Source of the DNA: the human T2T-CHM13v2.0 reference genome, Homo sapiens
Length of the DNA stretch: 64,000 bases
Assembly: GCF_009914755.1 (NCBI RefSeq)
Contig: NC_060927.1
Strand: one strand, 5' to 3'
A model generated the notes under the pieces. The model was not told where the DNA came from. It did no database searches and saw only the letters and a list, made by a program, of their open reading frames with translations. Of the stretch, positions 43,601 to 57,582 are shown one piece after another. The stretch's first letter is position 1; every line of letters begins with the position of its first letter. Both the position numbers and the translations under genes were made by a program.

Positions 43601-44579
43601 ATTGAGAAATAGAATTAACTCACTCTTTTTAATGGCTGTGTAAGATGACATAGTATAGATGTACTACAATGTAATAGAACTAAAAACAAAACTAAGCATT
43701 AAAAGAAGTTAAATGTTAAGTGCTTTGGAAGACAAGGTTCTTCAGTTGTGAGAAGCGGATTCCATCAACCTTACAGGAATACTGTGGGGATTGAAGTGGA
43801 TCCTATTCACATACTTCTTACACTATGAGGGCATTCAATACACGTCAAGTTTTCCTTTGTAAAATTAAGTCACTGGCACATGTGGCTAAGATTATGCTTT
43901 TACTCCTAGAACTCTTCCCAATCACTCTTGCAAATAACCAGTCATTGCATGTGTACTAGTTTTGTTGTGCCCCGTTATACTCATTGCCAATAAACGTGCC
44001 TTCCTCCCACAACCCCCACCCCCCACCCCGACTATACTCTTGGTACCAAATCCTTTGATTTATTGGTTGCACCAAAGTCACAGACTGGCAGAATAAATAC
44101 TGGTGACATTTTATTTCTTGTCACCTCATTAACGTAGATCAGCTCAGGCTGATTAGTTCTCCTCTACACATTAGTTAGAATGGCTCTGTAACTTGGTGCT
44201 ATACAGAGAGTAGAATGGTTTGTGATTGTTGCTTTCCTAAGGGGATTTAAAGTTTTTCATTTATTTTTTGTGTGTGCATGCACATGACACTCTCATACAT
44301 TCTGCCCCATTTCTTTTTTCTTCCCTCAGAGCTAGCTCAAATAAAATAAACATCTTTAGCTCTTTCTTTAGAAAAAGAAGGGAAAATCACATGCCAATCC
44401 AAGTAGAGAAAGATACAGAAAACAGAAGCAGGTGGGAAAAGGCACTTTATAATTCATTAATTTATATTGGTATCTCTTAAAATTTTTCTTTTTATGAAAA
44501 AGAAGTGAAGAATGTTAGAAGGTCATAAACTAATAAGAGACCACATAGTTTAAAAGATTTGCCACTTTTTTTTTTTAGC

Positions 44580-44585
44580 TTTATT
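44580..44585 (-). terminator. Candidate distal poly(A) signal AATAAA
   Basis: Plus-strand tttatt preceded in the mRNA sense by a cluster of UGUA motifs at 44645-44800. Confidence 0.55.
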
Positions 44586-44892
44586 GACTATTACCAACTT
44601 TCAGTATGGTTCAAATAATTAAATACTGCAACTGGGACATTAAAAATACAAGCTAATTTACCAAAATAATTGTATTCTGAATATTATGTACAATATTATA
44701 CATTTTACATTACATAATGGGTTTTTATACATAAAGGTAAGATTTCTGATTATTGGAAATACAAAGTACAACTGAACAAAACATTCCTATGCGTACATAC
44801 ACAATCACTCAACTGGAACAATCAAAACCATCTATGAGTGTGGTTATTAAAAAATAAAATTACGTTCATACAATGGTAGAAAATGAAATGTT

Positions 44893-44898
44893 TTTATT
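44893..44898 (-). terminator. Candidate middle poly(A) signal AATAAA
   Basis: Plus-strand tttatt in AU-rich context, with UGUA just upstream. Confidence 0.45.
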
Positions 44899-45306
44899 AA
44901 TTTGATTATTAATACAAAACCACACATATATGAATTATATAACCTAGTGTTATATATTTAAAAATCTTTATGCTTGCAACTGAAATGTCTCTACTCCAAG
45001 GGAAGTTTCTGATTTTTAATTTTCTTATTTTAAGGAATCTATTATATTCACAATGATTAAAATGCCTTACACATAGGCAAAAAGCAGACCCAATCCCAGC
45101 AAACAGAAAAACCATAAGTCTATCATATCACCATATGTTTCACCATATAGTTTTGAAAAATAATCCTATTTGCAGTTTGGTATGTCTTCATATTTATACT
45201 TATTATCAAAGTGATTGCATATTGAGGCACAGAGCTTAAAGAGGAAATATATATTACTTATAGGGAACCAGACACTGAAACAAGAATATCAATCAATGGC
45301 TTCAAA

Positions 45307-45343
<37 letters not shown>

Positions 45344-45928
45344 GAATGGGTGCTCGCATAGAAACACCACACGCAAACACTCATTAGTTTTTAACCAAGT
45401 CACTAGTCCTTCCAAAAGGTGAATATGTTGATGTGTCCATACCTTGTTTGAACACTGCAATACCTGATTAAGACCAGGATACTGCCACATGAGTTTTAAT
45501 ACTCTCTCATTTTTAAATTTAATTCCTCTTAAACAGAACAGCTATGATTTTAAAGCAATGACATTTTTCTAATTGATCTGAAAAGTCTGAAAAACAATGT
45601 CTTTACAACAAAAATGGATTTCCAATTGTATGTCACTTTGTACATAGATCTCACTCCAGAGATACATAGACTGGTGAAAATTCTATCAGAGCTATACATA
45701 AAGACATCAGAAGGGCAGCAATTAGTAAACAGGCCATTCTCTTTAAAGTCTGCATGGCATTTTGCAGTACTCTCTGTTCTTAAATCCTGTATTTTATCAA
45801 AGGCAAACAAAGAACACCTGGGAACTGGAAGCCAGAAAGGTAACACGCTGAAACATATACAAAATCAATGAGCTTTCCAACATCACATAATCTATTAAAA
45901 AAATTGGGACGTGGGGGCTCAGGTTTAC

Positions 45929-45934
45929 TTTATT
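45929..45934 (-). terminator. Candidate proximal poly(A) signal AATAAA
   Basis: Plus-strand tttatt, with a U-rich tract about 30 nt downstream on the minus strand. Confidence 0.5.
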
Positions 45935-46159
45935 GTTTTTCTTCTTTTTCATGTTTAGCTTGAATATAAAAGAAGCTCTAGACCTACGTTATCAAAATAT
46001 ATTCATATAAATGTATGCGCATTTCTAATACAAAAGTTTTAAAAAAGTCTAAGTTCTTAATTTTTGTAATTAAATATCCTAGAGTTCAGTAGGCAGATTT
46101 ATGTTTGAGCAGCTTGAAAAGAATCCGTTGGCTGAGCGTTGTCTAGAAATTGGGTGCCG

Positions 46160-46309
46160 CTACATTTCAGCTCTTCGATGTGATTTCTCAGCAACTGCAG
46201 CCCCGTCTTCTTCCTCCTCTTCTTCCTCCTCGTAGTGTTCCTCTCGGCCTTTGGGGCGGTTGTCATCTCGAACTTCTTGCTCTTCTCCATCATTATTTTT
46301 ATCATCAGT
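46160..46309 (-). CDS. GOLIM4: GOLIM4 terminal coding exon, TDDKNNDGEEQEVRDDNRPKGREEHYEEEEEEEEDGAAVAEKSHRRAEM*
   Basis: Polypyrimidine tract then ttttaag|ACT GAT. 49 codons plus TAG at 46160-46162. The C-terminus is recognised as Golgi integral membrane protein 4. Confidence 0.95.
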   Translation of the reverse strand, partial: TDDKNNDGEEQEVRDDNRPKGREEHYEEEEEEEEDGAAVAEKSHRRAEM

Positions 46310-46633
46310 CTTAAAATTAAAAGAAAAAAGAAAAACTAAGAGATAGTATAGAGTTAGTGATAAATAATTCTCTCTAAAAACAGGATGAAAAATTACTCAT
46401 TTTTGGAGGAAAAAAAAGGAAGAAAAATGATATGTAAGCAACAGTGCTGCTGTCTCTCCTACTTTTCATGTTGTCACAACTTTTCCTAATTTCAGGTGGG
46501 CCTGTTAAATTCAGTGGTAACTCAGAGGTACCATTACCCACTGGTACGTATCCCAAATACATATATCTCTCCTATACACATGCACACCCACAAACACTCA
46601 AGTGCTCAATAGAAATATGTATCCCGGTCATAC

Positions 46634-46714
46634 ATTTTCATCATTTTCACCATAGGTCTCTTCAGCATTATGCTCCAGTTCCCTTTTTTTCTCTTCAGTC
46701 AAATCTTCCTGAAC
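46634..46714 (-). CDS. GOLIM4: GOLIM4 penultimate coding exon (probably 15), 81 nt, VQEDLTEEKKRELEHNAEETYGENDEN
   Basis: ggtttgttttag|GTT CAG...GAA AAT|gtatga. 27 codons, phase 0/0. Confidence 0.93.
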
Positions 46715-46923
46715 CTAAAACAAACCACAGATATCATTTAAACACTTTTGTCTTTCAAGCACTTGCGATAATATATTTTGACACTGTTATCATTTAAAGA
46801 CTTGCAATAATATATTTTGATTTCCAAAAAGTTCACTCAAAATAGCAGAAGCAAAATTAAAGTAAATATACAATTGAAAAAATATGTCAAGGATTTATCT
46901 ACTAGGTGTGAAGAAATGTATAA

Positions 46924-47827
46924 GGGAGGAGCCAAGATGGCCGAATAGGAACAGCTCCGGTCTACAGCTCCCAGTGTGAGCGACGCAGAAGACAGTGATT
47001 TCTGCATTTCCATCTGAGGTACCAGGTTCCTCTCACTAGGGAGTGCCAGACAGTGGGTGCAGGTCAGTGGGTGCGCGCACCATGCGCGAGCCAAAGCAGG
47101 GCGAGGCATTGTCTCACTTGGGAAGCTCAAAGGGTCGGGGAGTTCCCTTTCCGAGTCAAAGAAAGGGGTGACGGACGGCACCTGGAAAATCGCGTCACTC
47201 CCACCCAAATACTGCGCTTTTCCGACGGGATTAAAAAACGGCGCACCACGAGATTATATCCCGCACCTGGCTTGGAGGGTCCTACGCCCACAGAATCTCG
47301 CTGATTGCCAGCACAGCAGTCTGAGATCAAACTGCAAGGCGGCAGCAAGGCTGGGGGAGGGGCGCCCGCCATTGCCCAGGCTTGATTAGGTAAACAAAGC
47401 AGTGGGGAAGCTCCAACTGGGCGGAGCCCACCACAGCTCAAGGAGGCCTGCCTGCCTCTGTAGGCTCCACCTCTGGGGGCAGGGCACAGACAAACAAAAA
47501 GACAGCAGTAACCTCTGCAGACTTAAATGTCCCTGTCTGACAGCTTGGAAGAGAGCAGTGGTTCTCCCAGCACGCAGCTGGAGATCTGAGAACGGGCAGA
47601 CTGCCTCCTCAAGTGGGTCCCTGACCCCTTACCCCTGAGCAGCCTAACTGGGAGGCACCCCCCAGCAGGAGCACACTGACACCTCACAAGGCAGGGTATT
47701 CCAACAGACCTGCAGCTGAGGGTCCTGTCTGTTAGAAGGAAAACTAACAAACAGAAAGGACATCCACACCAAAAACCCATCTGTACATCACCATCATCAA
47801 AGACCAAAAGCAGATAAAACCACAAAG
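46924..47827. promoter_or_regulatory. L1 5' UTR bidirectional promoter (sense and antisense), CpG-rich
   Basis: Intact YY1 site CAAGATGGC near 46933, RUNX3-type site near 47005-47022, SOX-type AAACAAA near 47392 and 47492. The only CpG-island-like stretch in the window. Confidence 0.8.
47127..47372 (-). CDS. L1 ORF0, intact, 81 aa (MAGAPPPALLPPCSLISDCC...)
   Basis: ATG in strong Kozak context (gcaATGg) at about L1 nt 449. The peptide matches primate L1 ORF0 with an extended C-terminus. Internal donors CCAG|GTGCGG (after 47267) and CCAG|GTGCCG (after 47182). Expression is not shown. Confidence 0.7.
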   Translation of the reverse strand: MAGAPPPALLPPCSLISDCCAGNQRDSVGVGPSKPGAGYNLVVRRFLIPSEKRSIWVGVTRFSRCRPSPLSLTRKGNSPTL

Positions 47828-48839
47828 ATGGGGAAAAAACAGAACAGAAAAATTGGAAACTAAAAAGCAAAGCGCCTCTCCTCCTCCAAAGGAACACAGT
47901 TCCTCACCAGCAACAGAACAAAGCTGGATGGAGAATGACATTGACGAGCTGAGAGAAGGCTTCAGACGATCAAATTACTCTGAGCTACGGGAGGACATTC
48001 AAACCAAAGGCAAAGAAGTTGAAAACTTTGAAAAAAATTTAGAAGAATGTATAACTAGAATAACCAATACAGAGAAGTGCTTAAAGGAGCTGATGGAGCT
48101 GAAAACCAAGGCTCGAGAACTACATGAAGAATGCAGAAGCCTCAGGAGCCGATGCAATCAACTGTAAGAAAGGGTATCAGCGATGGAAGATGAAATGAAT
48201 GAAATGAAGCGAGAAGAGAAGTTTAGAGAAAAAAGAATAAAAAGAAATGAGCAAAGCCTCCAACAAATATGGGACTATGTGAAAAGACCAAATCTACGTC
48301 TGAATGGTGTACCTGAAAGTGATGGGGAGAATGGAACCAAGTTGGAAAACACTCTGCAGGATATTATCCAGGAGAACTTCCCCAATCTAGCAAGGCAGGC
48401 CAACGTTCAGATTCAGGAAATACAGAGAACGCCACAAAGATACTCCTCGAGAAGACCAACTCCAAGACACATAATTGTCAGATTCACCAAAGTTGAAATG
48501 AAGGAAAAAATGTTAAGGGCAGCCAGAGAGAAAGGTCGGGTTACCCTCAAAGGGAAGCCCATCAGACTAACAGCGGATCTCTCGGCAGAAACTCTACAAG
48601 CCAGAAGAGAGTGGGGGCCAATATTCAACATTCTTAAAGACAAAAATTTTCAACCCAGAATTTCATATCCAGCCAAACTAAGCTTCATAAGCGAAGGAGA
48701 AATAAAATCCTTTACAGACAAGCAAATGCTGAGAGATTTTGTCACCACCAGGCCTGCCCTACAAGAGCTCCTAAAGGAAGCGCTAAACATGGAAAGGAAC
48801 AACCGGAACCAGCCACTGCAAAATCATGCCAAATTGTAA
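47828..48839 (+). pseudogene. L1 ORF1, disrupted
   Basis: ATG GGG AAA AAA CAG at 47828. A 2-bp deletion gives TAA at codon 12 and there is a second stop at 48165-48167. The remainder is track ORF 48183..48839. Confidence 0.92.
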
Positions 48840-48902
48840 AGACCATCAAGACTAGGAAGAAACTGCATCAACTAACGAGCAAAATAACCAGCTAACATCA
48901 TA

Positions 48903-52728
<3,826 letters not shown>

Positions 52729-53093
52729 ACAATGAGATCACATGGACACAGGAAGGGGAATATTACACTCTGGGGACTGTGGTGGGGTGGAGGGAGGGGC
52801 GAGGGATAGCATTGGGAAATATACCTAATGCTAGATGAGTTAGTGGGTGCAGTGCACCAGCATGGCACATGTATACATATGTAACTAACCTGCACAATGT
52901 GCACATGTACCCTAAAACTTAAAGTATAATAATAATAAAAAAAAGAAATGTATAATACACCTATTACAAAAATCAATGTGATTGATCCTGAATGTAGGAC
53001 TTTTCTGTTTGAATTTCTGGTTTATCTGAATAATGGTTAAAATTCCAAATATAAAACATCTGAAGACATTTAGCTTGTAAAATCAAAAATTCT

Positions 53094-53400
53094 GGCCAGG
53101 CGTGGTGGCTCACACCTGTAATCCCAGCACTTTGTGGGACTGAGGCAAGAGGATCACTTGAGCCCAGGAATTTGAGTCCTGGGAAACAAAGTGAGACCCT
53201 GTCTCTACAAAAAAGAAAAATTTATAAAATTAGCTGGGCCTAGTGGTGCACGCCTGTAGTCTCAGCTACTCGGGAGGCTGAGGCAGAGGATCGATTGAGC
53301 TCTGGAGGTCAAAGTTGCAGTAAGCTATGTTTGTGTCACTGCACAACAGCCTCGATGACTCAGCAAGACCCTGTCTCCCCAAAAATAAAATAATAAAATT
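53094..53400 (+). mobile_element. AluJ (antisense to GOLIM4)
   Basis: ggatcacttgagcccaggaatttgag, gtgagaccctgtctctac, gcagtaagctatg: diverged J-type diagnostics. Confidence 0.88.
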
Positions 53401-54767
53401 AAAATTCCCATTTCTGTATATGGGAGAACTGTAGAAATTTGAGAGCTGTGACACAATGTAAGTTCTATGGAGGCAGGAACTGCCTGTCTTATTCAAGTCA
53501 CTATCTAGATCAAGCTTGTCCAACCTGTGGCCTCTGTAAATCCTCTGTAAAGGCACAAAGGATAGACACCGCTGCCTACATACAATATAGTAGAAATTTT
53601 ATGTATCTATTCTATACTTAAGAATATATTTCTCTGGCTAAGATATCTAGAAAATAAAATACAATCATTTCAATTTCTTTATGAAATAGTCTATTGAACT
53701 GCCTCAAAAATTCCTCTCTCTCTTTAGTGTTCTAATACAACCTTTCTGTTTTAAGTAGTTTTCATTCATGTGCACTATTATTACTGTGTAAATGATCCCA
53801 ATATTTATCTCAAAATGTAAACTAAAGCAAGCATCCAAATATTTGTGCTAAATAGTCTCTATTTAATGATCATATCTCACAGAAATACAGGGTAGGGCAT
53901 TTTCTAACTTGTTAACTATTTTGAAAACCATACATATGCCAAAATGTTTAAGTCACTTGAATGCATTTCAAAAAAACTGCTGAACATCGGTTAAGTATAA
54001 TGCAGTCTCCTAATACCAAAGAAAGTCCGATCTTTTCTAGGATCAGAGAATAAGATCCTTGAATAACACAAAAATCACTTATTTTGGTGGGGGGAGTGGA
54101 GGAGACTGTGGAAAAATCTAAGAAATGAACAACGGAAGAAAAGTATACAGATGCTATAATTCAGAAGAAACAAATTACGTGCTGCCTGAAGGTGTACAGC
54201 CCAGGTGAGACAAGAATGAACTGCAGCCTCACAGAAGAGCTTTGGACAAAACTTGGCCTGTCGAGAGCCTACAAAGGTGACTCTTCAAAGATACCCTGGG
54301 CAGAGCCAAACCATTGTGAACCTCTTCTAACCAGTCCAACGCCAGTTTGACCCACAGCCTCTAAACTAACCTCAAAATAAATACATTTTGAGGACAAAGG
54401 CATCGAATATCTATTGTATTCATATTTCCTGGTGGAATGAGCTAAAGACCTATCTTGTCTCACCTTATGGTTCTATCAGTGGTCCATAACATCTCCTCTG
54501 CCCATAGTCGTAGAACCTCATAGTGACATTCCACAGGACATTGGGATGAAAACAATGAAGTACTTACTTCAGGCCTATCTTAAGGTCTGACTAATTGAAA
54601 CGTCATTAAATTGCTGAAGTGTCCCTGTCAATTTTGATTAACAAAGACATGTCTTTTACAGCCTTAATAATGAAAATATATTATTTATAAACATTAAAAT
54701 GTTGTAGTTGAGACTGGGGGAAAAAACAGCCTTGAGTCTATGCCGTATGGCAGGAAGAATATCTAAA

Positions 54768-54988
54768 TCAGAGATCAGCAAACTTTTTGTGTGAAGGGCC
54801 AGATAGCAAATACTTAGGCTTTCTTAGCCATAAGGTCTCTCACAATACAACTTGACCACTCTATGTAGCACAAAAAAAAAAAAAGAAAACAAAAAACTAT
54901 AGACAATACGTAAACAAGCAGACATGTTTGTGTTCCAATAAAACTTTACTTATGAACCAGGCTGCAGCCTGTAGTTTGCCAACTCCTA
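54768..54988. mobile_element. MER58A
   Basis: cagcaaactttttgtgtgaagggccagatagcaaata...gttccaataaaacttta...gtagtttgccaactcct. Confidence 0.78.
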
Positions 54989-55069
54989 ACATATACTATG
55001 GAGTCAGAAAGACCTGGACTAAAGACTTGGCTCTGCAACTTTTCTGACTGTATAAATCATAAGGTCAAT

Positions 55070-55930
55070 TGTTTTTGTTATGAAAATCTTTAAGCACATG
55101 CAAACGAAGAAAATCATTCAATAAACCCCTTAGAGCCACCTCCAATGTTCAAAAGCTATTTCAATATTGCCACACCTGCATCATCTATCACTTTTCTATT
55201 TTTTACAGTGAATTATTCTTAAAAATTCAAGATATGTAATTTTACCTTCACGTATCACAGTATATATATCTAAAAACAATAAACAACTTATATAATCATA
55301 CTGTGATTATCACACCTGATAAAATAATTCCATAGTAGCATCTGATGTCTCATCCATACTTACATTTTTATCATTGTCCTAATGCCTGTTTACAGTTGGT
55401 ATATTCTAATCATGATTTAAAGGAAAAGAACACATAACATGGGATTCACTCCCCTTTTTTCCCTACTGCTATGGATTTGCAGTACTGTAAAATGACCCAC
55501 ATTCTGAATTTATTTGCTTCTTTATATCACTTAACTCATTTCTCTAGTCTCAACATTTCCTATAAATGGAAGTTAGCATAAAAGTTTGAATGAACTCAGG
55601 TTCGATTTTAAAAATAAGGGTATTTCAGAGGTGATGGTGTATATTTCACACATATTTTTTAAATCACATCAGGAGGCACACACATTTATTTGTCCCACTT
55701 TTAGTAAGGCTAAGGTTGGCCAGTGAGCTCAGGTGGTGACAGCCTGATCCCTTCATGGTAAAGTTCCCTGACCTCTGTTCATCTAGTAACATCATTCATT
55801 GATGACTGTTGCTTAGATCAATTGCTTCAATTAGGGGTTACAAAAAAAAATGGTCACTTTGTATTTCCATTGTTCTGTCTATATTCACTAATTTCTATAA
55901 AGAACTTCCCCACATCAACTATATAGTTAC
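55070..55930 (-). repeat. Old L1ME-like 3' fragment
   Basis: attatcacacctgataaaataattcc, cacatcaggaggcaca, ggtggtgacagcctgatccc motifs. Confidence 0.55.
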
Positions 55931-57216
55931 TGTGCATGGTACACTTAATTACGGTAGCCTTTAAAATCAGACCTAGGTGAGCTCTAATCATGTTTCTAAC
56001 AATAAATAAAAGCTATGCAACCTTCCAATTTTTAACTAATCCCTCTGAAGCCCAAATTTCTTGTATGTAAAATAATAGCATTGGGTGAAAAATCAATGAT
56101 CCTTAATTTCCTGTATGTATGTGTGGTTGGGGAGTCATGGACCCTTTTAAGACTTTGGTTAGAAAGTCTTTAGCAAATGGGCATATATACACAGATAGGA
56201 GTTTCAGACTTCCCAGATGCCATCCACAACTGTCTGCCCTAGGACTATTTCTCTAAACAGTATGATCCTGAGCCGTCAGAATCAGCTGGTGGTGGGCGGG
56301 TGAAGGGGCACTTATGAAGAACTCTGCTTCCTAGGTTCCATAACAGATAAGATCAAAATCTCAAGGGTAAGGGTCTGGTCCAGAAATCTGTGTATGCCAC
56401 AAACTCTTCAAGGTGATCCTTATTCACAGCAAAGACAAAGAACTATTTCCTTGAGTAATGGATGCTAGGTTATCTCATTAGTCTCTGGAGATGGGCTATA
56501 GAAAATTTAGCTTGTTTACCAGTTGTCAATATAATCTTATTTAGAGACCACTGATTTCAACGACTCTTTAGGGAACCCACAAATGAAAATTTTGTAATTT
56601 TCCACACATATAGAGAACAAACTCTTAGTTAAATACACATTATTATTCTAGTAATATATTACTGATATTTGGGGCAAAAGCAATGCAAACTCATCTGAAA
56701 GGCAGTAATGCCTTTAAGTAATGCTTCTCAGTAATGTAAAGGAACAAAATGATATGGAGGTTCTAACTGATCTTTAAAATATGACTAGAATAATAAGCAG
56801 AAGCCAAATGATATTCTTTTATAATGTAGACATACAGATTATGTCTCCCACAACTGGCCCTCTTAGCAACCTGCTAAAGCTGTCACAATGCTTTGTCAGA
56901 TTTCCCAAACAATGCTTCTTGTTACTCATTTTTATCTACTGAAATATGTTCTAGGCATTTTAGAAATGAGCCTTATCTGATGACACAAAGTTTAATAAAC
57001 GGCCAAATCCAAAATAAAACAGGTCCACTGAGAAGAGTCTGAAATGGGCTTTGGCTAGATATCCTCTCTTGGTGTCTATTAACACCTTTCTTTTACACAT
57101 TGAAGATATTATGGGTGTGCCAGGGCAGAGAGCTGAGCCTCAAGTAGGTAAGAACAGTAGGATCCAAAGAGATAGATAGAATGTGATGAACAAAAGGCCT
57201 TCAGCAACATTAGCTA

Positions 57217-57582
<366 letters not shown>

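Larger units (their letters stand above)
44560..46159 (-). other. GOLIM4: GOLIM4 3' UTR (long form, end approximate)
   Basis: Repeat-free AU-rich sequence after the stop codon, with three AATAAA hexamers on the minus strand and many UGUA motifs near the distal one. Confidence 0.7.

Noticed and set aside
46444-46797. Plus-strand hydrophobic ORFs (also 60363..60575 and 60762..60989)
   Set aside because: Antisense shadows of GAR-rich GOLIM4 exons with no independent support.
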